Shown here piece by piece: positions 1-10,252 of a stretch of 64,000 nt of DNA (position 1 is its first letter; each line of letters begins with the position of its first letter). Source of the stretch: an uncultured Candidatus Rokubacteria bacterium (GTDB lineage Bacteria > Methylomirabilota > Methylomirabilia > Rokubacteriales > DASRDR01); NCBI GenBank assembly GCA_963826115.1, contig CAWGVS010000005.1, forward strand, positions 1,920,001 to 1,984,000. Reading direction: 5' to 3'. A program made the translations under genes and the position numbers. The notes beneath the pieces are model-generated. The model made no database searches and had not been told where the DNA came from. It saw nothing but the letters and a program-made list of their open reading frames with translations.

Positions 1-384
1 CCCGCCCTCGACCTCCTCCGGGCCCGGGGCTCGGACCTGGGAGTGGTGAAGCCCTGGCAGTTCTTCTGGGCGACCGGGCTACTCTCGTCCTTCCTCGACA
101 ACGCCCCCACCTACCTGACCTTCCTCGCGCTGGGCCAGGGCCTCCGCCTGGCCGACGAGGTGGTGGGCGTGCCTCACGCGATCCTCGCCGCGATCAGCGT
201 CGGCGCGGTGTTCATGGGGGCCAACACCTACATCGGCAACGCGCCGAACTTCATGGTGAAGGCGATCGCCGAGGCCGGCCGAGTCCGGATGCCCTCGTTC
301 TTCGGCTACATGCTGTACAGCGGCGGCGTCCTGCTCCCGGTCTTCGCCGTCGTGACCTGGCTGTTCTTCGCCGGCCGGCCCTGA
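1..384 (+). CDS. Ion-transporter superfamily membrane protein (putative Na+/H+ antiporter, CitMHS-like), C-terminal part; 5' end outside window
   Basis: Hydrophobic ORF with [11 protein letters not shown] and [24 protein letters not shown] motifs; frame open from base 1. Confidence 0.8.
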   Translation, partial: PALDLLRARGSDLGVVKPWQFFWATGLLSSFLDNAPTYLTFLALGQGLRLADEVVGVPHAILAAISVGAVFMGANTYIGNAPNFMVKAIAEAGRVRMPSFFGYMLYSGGVLLPVFAVVTWLFFAGRP

Positions 385-414
385 CCGCGACCGTCTCCGG
401 CGCCCGTGCCGGGC

Positions 415-1158
415 TCAGACCGCGAGAAGCCGGTGCTTGAGCGCCAGATCCGCCTCGAGCGCGGCGGCGGCGCCCGCGTGGACGATGCGGCCGTCGTCGA
501 TGACGTACGCGCGGTCTGCCAGGCCGAGCGCCATCGAGGAGTTCTGCTCGACGAGCAGAATGGCCGTCCCGTCGGCGCGAATCTCCTCGATCACCGCAAT
601 GATGTCCTCGACGATCCTCGGGGCCAGGCCCTGGGACGGCTCGTCCATGAGGACGAGTCGGGGATGGAGGAGGAGGGCCCGGGCGATCGCGACCAGCTGG
701 GCCTCGCCGCCCGAGAGATGCTCGCCGGATCGATGCCGGAGTCGCGCCAGGATCGGAAACCGATCGTAGACGCGCTCGAGGCTCCAGGCGCGCCCTCCCG
801 CCGGCGGTGGCAGAGCGCGCGGAAGCGCCATCGCGAGGTTCCGCTCGACCGTCAGGGTCGGGAAGACGCGGCGATTGTCCGGCACCCAGGCGATCCCGTG
901 CCGCGCGATCAGGTGCGTCGGGAGCGCGGTGACGTCGGCGCCGGCGAACACGATCCGGCCCCGGCGGACCGGCACCAGCCCGAGGATGCTCTTGATCGTC
1001 GTGGTCTTGCCCCGCCCGTTCCGGCCCAGGAGGCACACGGTCTCCCCCGCGCCGACCTCGAGCGAGAGCCCGCGCAGGATCTGGGCGTCGCCGTAGAAGG
1101 TGTCGATGGCCTCCACCACCAGCAGCGGAGACCGCGAAGCGACGCCGGGAGCCGTCAC
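415..1158 (-). CDS. livF: Branched-chain amino acid-type ABC transporter ATP-binding protein
   Basis: Walker A GRNGRGKT, LSGGE signature, LMDEPSQGLAP; GTG start overlaps upstream TGA (GTGA at 1155-1158). Confidence 0.9.
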   Translation of the reverse strand: MTAPGVASRSPLLVVEAIDTFYGDAQILRGLSLEVGAGETVCLLGRNGRGKTTTIKSILGLVPVRRGRIVFAGADVTALPTHLIARHGIAWVPDNRRVFPTLTVERNLAMALPRALPPPAGGRAWSLERVYDRFPILARLRHRSGEHLSGGEAQLVAIARALLLHPRLVLMDEPSQGLAPRIVEDIIAVIEEIRADGTAILLVEQNSSMALGLADRAYVIDDGRIVHAGAAAALEADLALKHRLLAV

Positions 1159-1955
1159 GATCGCGCGGCCCGCGAGACCGTTCCGGGGCGGCCGAGGTAC
1201 GCCTCGCGAACCTCGGGGTGGTCCCGGATGGAGGCCGGCGGCCCCTCGGCGATGACCCGGCCCCGGTGGAGCACCGCGACGTGGTGCGAAAGCGTGAGGA
1301 CGAAGTCCATGTCGTGCTCGATCACGACGACCGTGAGACGCTCCGAGAGCTGGCGCACCAGGTCGCGGAGCGTCTCCATCGGGCGCATCCCGAGACCGCT
1401 GGTCGGCTCGTCGAGCAGGAGCACCTCCGGCTCCCCGGCCAGTGCCACGCCGATCTCGAGCAGCCGGCGCTGCCCGTAGGAGAGGTAGCGAGCGGCGACG
1501 CGCTCGCGACCGGCCAGGCCGATGAGGCGGACGATGCGCGCCGCCCGGTCCTGAGCCTCGGACAGGGCCCCCGCGGGCGTCCAGCAGTCGAAACCGCGCG
1601 CGCGCATGGCCGGCACCGCCAGCCGGACGTTCTCGAGCACGGTGTCCTCGTCGAAGAGATTCAGCACCTGGAAAGACCGGCAGATGCCCAGACGCGCCCG
1701 GAGGTGCGGCGGCTGGCCGGTGACGTCCTGACCCTTGTAGCGGATCTCGCCCGCGTCGGCGGCGAGGAAGCCGGTCAGGATGTTGAAGCACGTCGTCTTC
1801 CCGGCGCCGTTCGGCCCGATGAGCGCCGACAGCCGGCCGGTCGGAAACACGAGGTCCACGTCGTCCAGCACGACGTGTCCGCCGAACGCCTTGCGGAGAC
1901 CGCGCGCCTCGAGAACGGGCGCCAACGGCTGCGTGACGGACTCGCCGGACGTCAC
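1155..1955 (-). CDS. livG: Branched-chain amino acid-type ABC transporter ATP-binding protein
   Basis: GPNGAGKT, LSYGQ, LLDEPTSGL, IEHDM, VREAYLG; GTGA overlap at 1952-1955. Confidence 0.9.
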   Translation of the reverse strand: MTSGESVTQPLAPVLEARGLRKAFGGHVVLDDVDLVFPTGRLSALIGPNGAGKTTCFNILTGFLAADAGEIRYKGQDVTGQPPHLRARLGICRSFQVLNLFDEDTVLENVRLAVPAMRARGFDCWTPAGALSEAQDRAARIVRLIGLAGRERVAARYLSYGQRRLLEIGVALAGEPEVLLLDEPTSGLGMRPMETLRDLVRQLSERLTVVVIEHDMDFVLTLSHHVAVLHRGRVIAEGPPASIRDHPEVREAYLGRPGTVSRAARS

Positions 1956-2983
1956 GGCTCGGGCTCGTTCGGCGCCCCGGCAGGTCTCGGCGCGTCCCCC
2001 GCGCGCGCCTCGTGCGCCGCGGCCGTGTCGTGGAATCCCGCCGGCTGGCGCAGACGCCGCGCGACGCCGAGGATGCCCTCGGGCATGAAGAGGATGACCG
2101 CCATGAACAGGGCGCCGTAGGCGAGCATCCAGTGGTCCGTCAGGGTCGACAGCACGTCCCGCAGGACCAGGAACACGACAACCCCGAGCACGGGCCCGTA
2201 GAAGCTCGCGAACCCGCCGCCGATCAGGCACATGAGCACGACGTTGCCCGACTGGGACAGGCTCATCGGCTCGGCGAACGCGCCGAACCTCGCCAGCGCG
2301 TACAGGCCCCCCGCCAGCCCGGCGAACCCGCAGGAGAGCGTGAAGACGGCCCACTTGTACCGGGCCGTGTCGTAGCCCACGGCGCGCGCCCGCGTCTCGC
2401 TCTGCCGGATCGCCCGGATGACCTGGCCGAACGGGGAGTTGACGATCCGCCACAGCACGACGGTCGCCCCCACGAACCACGCGTAGACGAAGTAGTAGAA
2501 GGGGACGTTGTCCCGCAGCGCATGGCCCAGCACGGAGAGGCGGTTGATGCCGGTGAGCCCGTCCTCCCCGCCCGTCCACCCGTCGAAGACGAACACCATG
2601 AACCAGAACATGACGCCGAAGGCGATCGTGAGCAGGGAGAAGTAGATGCCCCGGCGGCGAGCGACGAAGAGTCCGACGCACGCGCCCGCGAGGAGCGTGC
2701 CGAGGATCGCGGCCAGGAGCGGCAGGGCGAGGCCGCCGGTGGCCCACTTCTGGGTCAGCCCGAGGACGTAGCCGCCGATGCCGAAGAAGGCCCCGTGGCC
2801 GAAGGCCGGGAGGCCCGTGTAGCCGAGGAGCAGGTTGTAGCCGAGGGCGAAGATCGCCCAGATCATCACCTCGGCGCCGAGGTAGGTGTAGCCGAACCGC
2901 GGGAGGACCACCGGGAGAAGGAGGAAGAGCGCGAACATCGCCAGCATGGGGGGCGGAGCCCAGCGGGCGAGCGCGCGACTCAC
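1952..2983 (-). CDS. livM: Branched-chain amino acid-type ABC transporter permease
   Basis: LGYNLLLGYTG..FGHGAFFG, TGGEDG, SPFG..RAIRQSETRARAVG. Confidence 0.9.
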   Translation of the reverse strand: MSRALARWAPPPMLAMFALFLLLPVVLPRFGYTYLGAEVMIWAIFALGYNLLLGYTGLPAFGHGAFFGIGGYVLGLTQKWATGGLALPLLAAILGTLLAGACVGLFVARRRGIYFSLLTIAFGVMFWFMVFVFDGWTGGEDGLTGINRLSVLGHALRDNVPFYYFVYAWFVGATVVLWRIVNSPFGQVIRAIRQSETRARAVGYDTARYKWAVFTLSCGFAGLAGGLYALARFGAFAEPMSLSQSGNVVLMCLIGGGFASFYGPVLGVVVFLVLRDVLSTLTDHWMLAYGALFMAVILFMPEGILGVARRLRQPAGFHDTAAAHEARAGDAPRPAGAPNEPEP

Positions 2984-2988
2984 CGGCC

Positions 2989-3867
2989 TTAGAGCTCCAG
3001 CACGGACTTCTGGCCCATCAGGCCGCGCGGGCGCCACAGCAGGACGACCACCATGAGCACGTACATCACCAGGATCGAGCCCCGGGGCACGACGAGGTTC
3101 GAGAGGCCGCTGACGGTACCGAGCAAGAGCCCCCCGATGACGGCGCCCCAGAAGGACCCGATGCCGCCGATCACCACCACGATGAACGCGGGCATCACCG
3201 CCTCGGCGCCGACCGTCGGCTTGAGGCTCCACATGGGCGCGGCGATCACGCCGGCGACGCCGGCCATGGCCGTCCCGAGCGCGAAGACCAGGCTACGGAG
3301 CCGGCCCAGGTCGATCCCGAGCGCCCGCACCATCTCACCGTCATGCGCGCCGGCCTTGGTGATCGCGCCGTAGGGCGTCCGCTCGAGAAACCACCAGGCC
3401 AAGCCGAGCAGCACGACGGCGAGCACCGCGACGAGGATCCGGTAGCGCGAGTAGACGAGGAATCCCCACTGGAAGCGGCCGGCCACGAAAGCGGGGGCGG
3501 AGATCGTGTAGCCGCGCGGGGTCCAGACGATCCGGATGATCTCCTCCAACGCCAGAGCCGCGCCGAAGGTGAACAGGAGGCCGAACAGCGGGTCTCTCCC
3601 GTAGGTCCGGCGGACCCCGCGCTCGAGCACGAGGCCCACGAGCCCCACGCCGAGGGGCGCCAGCACGAGGGCGCCCCACCATCCGACGTGGGGCTGGAGC
3701 GCCAGGGCGAAGTAGCCGCCCAAGGCGAACAGCACGCCGTGGGCGAAGTTGATCACCTCCATCGTGCCCAGGATCAGCATGAACCCGAGCGCGATGATGG
3801 CGTAGAGGAGCCCGAGCACGACCCCGTTGAGGAGCTGGGTGACCAGCTCGGCCAGCCCGGGCATCAT
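2989..3867 (-). CDS. livH: Branched-chain amino acid-type ABC transporter permease
   Basis: QLLNG..ILGTMEVINFAHG, FIVVVIGGIGS, RPRGLMG. Confidence 0.9.
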   Translation of the reverse strand: MMPGLAELVTQLLNGVVLGLLYAIIALGFMLILGTMEVINFAHGVLFALGGYFALALQPHVGWWGALVLAPLGVGLVGLVLERGVRRTYGRDPLFGLLFTFGAALALEEIIRIVWTPRGYTISAPAFVAGRFQWGFLVYSRYRILVAVLAVVLLGLAWWFLERTPYGAITKAGAHDGEMVRALGIDLGRLRSLVFALGTAMAGVAGVIAAPMWSLKPTVGAEAVMPAFIVVVIGGIGSFWGAVIGGLLLGTVSGLSNLVVPRGSILVMYVLMVVVLLWRPRGLMGQKSVLEL

Positions 3868-3987
3868 GGCCGAGCGCCCTCGGGCGGCGTAGCCCTCACG
3901 CCGGGCGGACGGCCTCGATGTCGACGCCCTTCACGAGGCCCCGCCGCGGGAAGGTCCACGCCGCCCGGACATCGGACGCCGACGGTC

Positions 3988-5274
3988 CTAGCCCCCGTAC
4001 ACCGGGGTGTCGGCCAGCGACTGCATCTTGCACTTGGAGAGGTCGCGGGGCGGCGACACCTCCTCCGGCGACAGCTCGGCGATCATCTCGATCAGGTCGT
4101 ACTTCTCCTTCATGTCCTTCTCTTTCTTCGCCCGGGCGAGGAAGAGCATCTGGCCGACCAGGTGATCCCACTCGCGGATCGTCGACGGGTGCTTGCGGAA
4201 GTTGTCCTTGATGACGTGCCCCTCGAGCGCCTTGATGACCTCGTGGTTCCGGGTCGTGCCCGCTCGCTCGATCGCGCGGAACAGCTCGCGGGTCGCGATG
4301 TACCCGTTGCACGACACGTTGTCGGGCACCTCGATGGGAGCGCCGGCCCAGCGCTTGCGGAACCGCTGGACGAAGTCCTGGGAGCCGGGGTCGGTGAGCG
4401 TGTAGTGCCACGTGGTCGTGAAGTACCCGAAGGCCTTCTTGGCCCCGAGCGCGTACAGGTCCGGGTAGTCCTGCTGGGGGAACACCCAGTGGGCGTCCTT
4501 CTCGGAGCCGAACTCGTTCGCCTGCTCCCGCAGCGCGGTCTGCTCGATTCCCGCCACGTTGGCGAAGACGACCTCGGGTTTCGCGCTGCGGATCCGGAGG
4601 AGCTGGGCGCTGAAGTCGCGGGTCCCCTGGGGCACCATCAGCTCGCCGGCCTCCTCGGCGCCGACCTTCTTCATGATGTCGCGCGTGCCGGCAGTGACGT
4701 TCTTCCCCCACACGTAGTCGTGGGTCAGGAGGAACCATTTCTTCCCGAGGTTCTTGGCGACGAGCGGGCCCAGCGCCTGGTTGAACATGTAGCCGTTCGC
4801 GTCCCAGACGAAGTTGACGCGCTGGCACTTCTCGTTCGTGACGGTGTCGGCGCTCGAGTTCGAGTTGAAGTAGATGATCCCGTACCGCTGGGCGAGCTCC
4901 GAGAGGGGGGCGGCGACGCCGCTCGAGAGCGCGCCGATCATGAAGTCGATCTTGTCGCGCTCGATGAGCTTCTGCGCCTTGCGGACCGCCACCGACGGGT
5001 CGGTCTCCGTGTCCTCCCAGCGCGCCTCGATCGGGCGCCCCAGCACGCCTCCCCGCGCGTTCTGCTCGTCGATGGCGAGCAGCATCCCGCGCCGGTCCGC
5101 CTGGCCGCTGTCGGCGAAGGTCCCGGTCGCGTCGCAGGTGAGGCCGATGATCAAAGGCTTCTTGGCCTGGGCGCGCGCCCAGCGCCAGTTCCCCATGAAG
5201 CCCACGCCGGCCCCGAACGCCGCCGCGCCCTTCAGCACCTGCCGTCGGTTCGGTCCCGAGCCCTGGTCAGCCAT
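3988..5274 (-). CDS. ABC transporter substrate-binding protein (LivJ/peripla_BP_6 family), Tat-exported
   Basis: Twin-Arg NRRQVLKGAAA; NARGGVLGRPI..EDTETDP; RBS GAGGAGG; heads the liv operon. Confidence 0.88.
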   Translation of the reverse strand: MADQGSGPNRRQVLKGAAAFGAGVGFMGNWRWARAQAKKPLIIGLTCDATGTFADSGQADRRGMLLAIDEQNARGGVLGRPIEARWEDTETDPSVAVRKAQKLIERDKIDFMIGALSSGVAAPLSELAQRYGIIYFNSNSSADTVTNEKCQRVNFVWDANGYMFNQALGPLVAKNLGKKWFLLTHDYVWGKNVTAGTRDIMKKVGAEEAGELMVPQGTRDFSAQLLRIRSAKPEVVFANVAGIEQTALREQANEFGSEKDAHWVFPQQDYPDLYALGAKKAFGYFTTTWHYTLTDPGSQDFVQRFRKRWAGAPIEVPDNVSCNGYIATRELFRAIERAGTTRNHEVIKALEGHVIKDNFRKHPSTIREWDHLVGQMLFLARAKKEKDMKEKYDLIEMIAELSPEEVSPPRDLSKCKMQSLADTPVYGG

Positions 5275-5313
5275 CGTGCCGTCCTCCTCTCTCGGGGTGG
5301 TCGATCGCTCGTC

Positions 5314-6090
5314 TCACGTCGTCTCGGCGAGCCGCTCCATGGCGCGGAGCCGGTGGGTCTCCACCGCGCGGGCCGCGCGGGGCCAGTCCGCCGCCTCGAG
5401 GGCGGTCAGGATCTCCTCGTGCTCGGCGAGGGACTCCGCCGCGAATCCGCCGCGCCGCGCGTGCATGATGACGCGGTAGTACTCGCCGCGATCCCACACG
5501 TTCTGGAGCAGCTGGCGCACCTGCCGGAGGCCCGACGCCTCCCAGAGGCGCTGGTGGAACGCGCTGTCCGCCGCCACGGCCTGCGCGGTATCGCCCGCCG
5601 CCCGGGCGGCGATCATGTCCTTCTGGAGCGTTCGGAGGCCGACCAGGAACCGCGCCGTGATGCGCGGCGCGGCCTCGCGGAGGCACAGGGCCTCGAGCGC
5701 CGCCATCAGGAGGAAGCGCTCGCGAAACTCCTCCCGGGACAGGCCCGCCACCACGACGTCCCGGTGCGGGTTGATGCGAACGAAGCCCTCGCTCTCGAGC
5801 CGGCGGAGCGCCTGGAGGACGGGGATGCGGCTGATCCCCGCCGCCTGCGCCACCGCGCCGGCCACGATCCGCTCGCCAGGGGCCAGGCGACCGCCTACCA
5901 GGGCCTGACGGAGGTGGCGATAGGCGAGCTCCTCGAGGGTCTCCCGGCGGATCGGCTCCTCGAAGAGCGGACGTCGCACCGTCTCGGGAGCGCGGCCGGG
6001 CCGGGCGCCACGCGTGGGCGCCGCCCGCCCGGCCTCGGCGGCCGGGCGGCGAAGACGCGCTCCCGCGGTCCGGCGGGCTCCGGTCTTCAT
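5314..6090 (-). CDS. GntR family (FadR/FCD) transcriptional regulator
   Basis: wHTH ISRIPVLQALRRLESEG and FCD domain (ADSAFH, EHEEILTAL). Confidence 0.88.
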   Translation of the reverse strand: MKTGARRTAGARLRRPAAEAGRAAPTRGARPGRAPETVRRPLFEEPIRRETLEELAYRHLRQALVGGRLAPGERIVAGAVAQAAGISRIPVLQALRRLESEGFVRINPHRDVVVAGLSREEFRERFLLMAALEALCLREAAPRITARFLVGLRTLQKDMIAARAAGDTAQAVAADSAFHQRLWEASGLRQVRQLLQNVWDRGEYYRVIMHARRGGFAAESLAEHEEILTALEAADWPRAARAVETHRLRAMERLAETT

Positions 6091-6094
6091 GGCG

Positions 6095-6127
6095 TGTATA
6101 CAATATTCAGTCGCCGATCGCTGTCAA
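6095..6127 (-). promoter_or_regulatory. sigma70-type promoter of the GntR gene with overlapping palindromic operator
   Basis: Minus strand TTGACA-16nt-TATTGT, 9 nt before the ATG; palindrome TGTATACA at 6095-6102 in an AT-rich patch. Confidence 0.7.
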
Positions 6128-6164
6128 GCCGGCGTCGGCCCCCGGCACGCCGCGCCGGGAACGT

Positions 6165-6198
6165 CGGCTCCGGGAAGCCCGCGGGCTCCCCGGAGCCG
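6165..6198 (-). terminator. GC-rich hairpin just downstream of the peptide-binding protein gene
   Basis: CGGCTCCGGGaAGCCC-gc-GGGCTcCCCGGAGCCG inverted repeat, ending 8 nt from the stop at 6207; no U-tract. Confidence 0.5.
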
Positions 6199-6206
6199 CT
6201 GAAACG

Positions 6207-7766
6207 CTACATCCAGGACATCTCCTGGGGGATGAGCACGCCGGTCGGGAACGGCTGGTAGGCGAGATCCTTCTTCATCACGATCGGCTGGACGACCTGG
6301 AAGAGCGGCACGATGTAACCCTTCTCCACGACGTAGCGCGCCGCCTTCTTCGCCGCCGCGATGCGCTTCGGCTCGTCCCGCTCGTCGAAGATCGGGTCGA
6401 TGAGCGGCTGGAGATCCTCCGACTCCCACACCCGGAACGGCCCCTTCGCATTGTTCTGGAACCCGACCGAGTTGATCGGGTCGCCGGTCGGGTTCGACCA
6501 GAAGTAGAGCGACAGCGGGGCGAGGTCCTGGCCCCCCTGCCCGCGCGCGGTCCGGAACTGGAACCACTGCGGGATCGTGATGACCTCGAGCTCGCCCTCG
6601 ATTCCCACGTCCTTCCACATCTGGGTGATCGCGGACATGAACTCGAAGTCCTTCGCGCGGACACCGCGCGTCGTCATGATCTTGAGCTTGAGGGGGGCTG
6701 CCGCCGAGTAGCCGGCCGTCTGCAGGAGCTGCCGGGCCTTGGCGGGATCGTAGGGGAAGTTGAAGGAGCCGTCATACGCGTCGTAGAGGGGCGCCTCGGT
6801 GAGGGACAGCGGCATGCCGAACCCGAGCAGCACCTTCTCGACGATCGCCTTCTTGTCGATCGCGTAGTGGACGGCCAGCCGGACCTCCTCCTTCTTGAAC
6901 GGCTCGAACCGGGGGTTCAGGAAGATCTGTGCCATGTCGGCGACCGGCTGCTTCACGCCCTTGAGCGTCGGCTGGGTGGAGAGCCGCCCGAACTCCTCGA
7001 CGGGAACCTCGGACGTGATGTCGGCGTTCCCCGACACGATCTCGGCCACGCGCGCGGTCGGGTCGGTGACCATCTTGAACACCGCCCGCTTGATCGGCGG
7101 CGCGCCCTTCCAGTACTGCTCGAACGCCTCGAGCACGAGCGTGCTGCCCGGCGTGAAGGCCACGACCTTGTACGGGCCCGACCCCACCGGCTTCCGCGCG
7201 AACTCCTCGCTCCGCGCCTTGTCGTCCGCGCCGAGCGACTTGAAGTACGCCTGGGGCACGACGAAACCGGCCAGGAAGCCGAGCCAGCGCGGGAACGACG
7301 GGTCGAAGCGCTCGAAGACCAGCTGGAGGGTCGCCTTGTCCTTGACCTGGTACTCCTTGACCCTCGCGTACGTCGCCTTGTAGATGGAGATCTCCTTGAG
7401 CCGGTTCATGCTGAAGGCGACGTCCTCGGCGGTCAGCTCGGACCCGTCGTGGAACTTCACGCCCTGGCGGATCTTGACGGCCATCCCCATCTTGTTGTCG
7501 GTCCACTGCCAGCTCTCGATGATGTGCCCGCCGTACTTGCCCTGCCGGTCCTGCTGGAGGAAGCGGTCGAACACCGCCTCGTACAGCGACTCGCGCGGGC
7601 TGTTGCGCGGGGCCGCGTGCGGGTCCATCGACGTGACCGTCTCCGGGAAGGCGATCGTCACCACCTGCTTCTTCTGGGCGTGGGCAGGGCGCCCGAATCC
7701 GGTCGCCGCCAACGCCACGGCGCCCGTCCCGGTGGTCCTGAGGAATGCTCGGCGGCTCACTCGCAT
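6207..7766 (-). CDS. ABC transporter substrate-binding protein, family 5 (DppA/OppA-like), Tat-exported; no cognate permeases adjacent
   Basis: MRVSRRAFL Tat signal, RQGVKFHDGSELTAEDVAFS, PVGSGPYK. Confidence 0.9.
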   Translation of the reverse strand: MRVSRRAFLRTTGTGAVALAATGFGRPAHAQKKQVVTIAFPETVTSMDPHAAPRNSPRESLYEAVFDRFLQQDRQGKYGGHIIESWQWTDNKMGMAVKIRQGVKFHDGSELTAEDVAFSMNRLKEISIYKATYARVKEYQVKDKATLQLVFERFDPSFPRWLGFLAGFVVPQAYFKSLGADDKARSEEFARKPVGSGPYKVVAFTPGSTLVLEAFEQYWKGAPPIKRAVFKMVTDPTARVAEIVSGNADITSEVPVEEFGRLSTQPTLKGVKQPVADMAQIFLNPRFEPFKKEEVRLAVHYAIDKKAIVEKVLLGFGMPLSLTEAPLYDAYDGSFNFPYDPAKARQLLQTAGYSAAAPLKLKIMTTRGVRAKDFEFMSAITQMWKDVGIEGELEVITIPQWFQFRTARGQGGQDLAPLSLYFWSNPTGDPINSVGFQNNAKGPFRVWESEDLQPLIDPIFDERDEPKRIAAAKKAARYVVEKGYIVPLFQVVQPIVMKKDLAYQPFPTGVLIPQEMSWM

Positions 7767-7856
7767 GGTTCGTCTCCTCCCGGGGTCATCCGCCCCGTCT
7801 CTGACGGCGCTGGTCACGATCGACGCCCCTGCCGGGCCGACCTCGTGGGAACCAGT

Positions 7857-8858
7857 CTATCCGAGCGATCCAGGCCGACGCGAGTGCGGCGCGCTGCGGC
7901 CGAAACCGGGTCGCACCACCCGGATCAGGCGCTTCACCGTCGCCCGGGCCGACACCCGCGGTTGATCCAGGAGCCGTCGGACCGTCTGGGGCGACGACAG
8001 GGTCACGAACGGGGGCCTGAACCACTTGGTGACCGTGATCTCGAGCTCGTCATCGGCCGAGACGACGGCATGCCACCACGGATCCGGGATGTACACGGCG
8101 TCCCCAACCCCGACCACCGCCCTCCAAGGGCGCGTGTCGGCAAACCGTGGGAACCGGTCGAGGTCGACGTCGAAGAACCGGACCGGTGACCAGTTGCGCG
8201 TCCATCGGCTCGCGTAGAGCCTTCGGCAGTGGAACGCGTCCGGCGGGTGCAGGATGATCTCCTTCGCCCCGCGGACCTGGCACATCAAGGCATCGGCTCC
8301 CTGGTGCTCGTGCGAATCGGTGTAGGAGCGTCGTCCGACGAAGCAAGTGTGGTGGTCGTTCGCCGCGTCGTCGGTCCGGACGGAGACCAGCCCGACGTCG
8401 CTCGCGATCGACCTCGGCAGGAGGATGTTGCGGGCGTAGAGGATCTCCGCGGGGTCGAAGCGCGCGGTGCAGCGCTCCAGGTAGTCGCTCAGCGGCAGGG
8501 TGTCGAACCAGGTCCGCTCTTCCTGCGCTCGGGCCTTGCGGCCCAGTCCGCCAGTCCAGATCCTCAGGAGATAGTCCAGCATCAGGCATCGGGTCACTCG
8601 GACGGGCGCGGCGCCGGCGACCGTCCGCAGGTAGTCCAGGTCCCAGTCGGCCAGTGCCTTCCAGTGTCGGATTCCCCCACGGATGACGACCGGCTTTCGT
8701 TTGCTCACATACCGGTCGCGAAAGTCGTGCGGGGAGAGGGCGTCGCTCGAGACGGACTCCACGGGGGTGGCCTCTGCGTAGCGAGGCATCGATCGCACGC
8801 GCTCCGCCGAGACGCGCGGGCGTTTCATCTGGTAGTCGAAGCTTGGTGGACGGAACAC
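7857..8858 (-). CDS. JmjC/cupin-like (Cupin_8) domain protein; start uncertain
   Basis: KPVVIRGG..W..W..YL, CQVRGAK..LHPP, GDAVYIPDPWWHAV. Confidence 0.8.
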   Translation of the reverse strand: MFRPPSFDYQMKRPRVSAERVRSMPRYAEATPVESVSSDALSPHDFRDRYVSKRKPVVIRGGIRHWKALADWDLDYLRTVAGAAPVRVTRCLMLDYLLRIWTGGLGRKARAQEERTWFDTLPLSDYLERCTARFDPAEILYARNILLPRSIASDVGLVSVRTDDAANDHHTCFVGRRSYTDSHEHQGADALMCQVRGAKEIILHPPDAFHCRRLYASRWTRNWSPVRFFDVDLDRFPRFADTRPWRAVVGVGDAVYIPDPWWHAVVSADDELEITVTKWFRPPFVTLSSPQTVRRLLDQPRVSARATVKRLIRVVRPGFGRSAPHSRRPGSLG

Positions 8859-8894
8859 GTCGGCCGGAAGTATGGCGTCCGCGGCACCGTCGGG

Positions 8895-10031
8895 TCAAGG
8901 CGCGCGCCCGGGCCATCCTTCCCGGTGCAGGCGCTGCGCGTCGTCGTACGCCGCCTCGAGCGCCTCCATCGACAGGGTGATATCGAACTCCCGCTCCATC
9001 TTGCGGCGGGCGGCCGCTCCCATCCTCGCCCGCAGCACGGCATCCGTGCACGCACGCTCCAGCCTCTCCACCATGCCGGCCACGTCCCGCTCGGCGACCA
9101 GGAAGCCCGTGACGCCGTCCTCGACCGAGTCGGGCAGCCCGCCGTGCCGCGTCGCGATCGCGACCAGCCCGGACGCCGCCGCCTCGCGCAACACCATCAA
9201 GCCCGACTCGCGATCGCCGTCTCCGGCCACCGTGCTCGGCGCCATCAACACGTCGTGCGAGCGCATGATCTCCGGCACCTGATCGTGCGGAACGGCTCCG
9301 ACGAATCGCGTCCGGCTCTCCACCCCGAGCTCGCGGGCCTGCGCGCGCAGCCGCTCGTCGAGGGGTCCTGCGCCCACGATCGTGAGCGTCGCCGAACGCT
9401 CACGCAGGGCGCCCGCAAACGCCGCGAGGCCGTACGCAAAGCCCTTCTTCTCCACGAGGCGGCCGATCATGAGCACGCGCGCGCACTCCCGCGGACCGCG
9501 CGCCGCGGGCTGAAAGCGCTGCGTGTCGATGCCGAGGCGGTGAACGCGCAAGCGCGCCGGCGAAGCCCCGCGCGCGATCAGGATGTCCCGGAGCTCCGTC
9601 GATGCGCACAACCCGAGCGCCATGCGCCGCAGCAGGCGCCCACCGAGCCAGGCATAGCGCCGCGAGGGTCCGCGAATCCGGCGGGCCCGCGCCAGCAGCG
9701 GAACGTCGTGGCCGTGAAAGCTCACGACCAGCGGCCGCCGCGCGAGCTGTGCGTAGGTGAGCGCGTATACGGCCGAGGGGCCGAACTGCGCGTGGACGAC
9801 GGCGAAGCGCTCACGCGCGAAGGCGTAGAGGAAGTTCGGCGCGATCGTCGTGGACAGGTACCCAGGCCAGCCGATGCGCACGTCCTCGAACGGGAACTGA
9901 TCCGCATGCTTGCGCCGGGCGCAGAAGACGGTCGCCGAGTAGCGCGTCAGCCGCGTGACCGCGTCGTACACGAACGTCTGGGAGAGCGGCAGGAAGGCCC
10001 GGCAAAACACCGCGACTCGCCGGCGCTCCAT
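8895..10031 (-). CDS. Glycosyltransferase family 4 (WcaL-like)
   Basis: LSQTFV, HAQFG, SFHGHD, GRLVEKKG, GDRESG..VLREAAASGL in the C-terminal part of ORF 8895..13673. Confidence 0.88.
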   Translation of the reverse strand: MERRRVAVFCRAFLPLSQTFVYDAVTRLTRYSATVFCARRKHADQFPFEDVRIGWPGYLSTTIAPNFLYAFARERFAVVHAQFGPSAVYALTYAQLARRPLVVSFHGHDVPLLARARRIRGPSRRYAWLGGRLLRRMALGLCASTELRDILIARGASPARLRVHRLGIDTQRFQPAARGPRECARVLMIGRLVEKKGFAYGLAAFAGALRERSATLTIVGAGPLDERLRAQARELGVESRTRFVGAVPHDQVPEIMRSHDVLMAPSTVAGDGDRESGLMVLREAAASGLVAIATRHGGLPDSVEDGVTGFLVAERDVAGMVERLERACTDAVLRARMGAAARRKMEREFDITLSMEALEAAYDDAQRLHREGWPGRAP

Positions 10032-10252
10032 TGGCGTGGAGGGCGCGCTGGCGCGCGCCGTCCCGTCCGTGGCGCCGGGACCGACGGGAAGTCCTTCTTC
10101 AGAGGCAGAGACGGCCACGGCGCCTCCCGCTGGGCCTCGGAGCCGCGTCATGATCCGGTTGATCGCGTGTTCCGGCGCGTGCCGTCCGGGGACGCTGGCG
10201 GACCTCCGGAGGTCCGGCCACGTGCTGGTCGATGCCTCGCCGGGGACCCGCG

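Noticed and set aside
3343-6261. Long plus-strand ORFs (also 10787..13861, 18574..21003, 8229..10436)
   Set aside because: They are antisense shadows of well-supported minus-strand genes and carry no family motifs.
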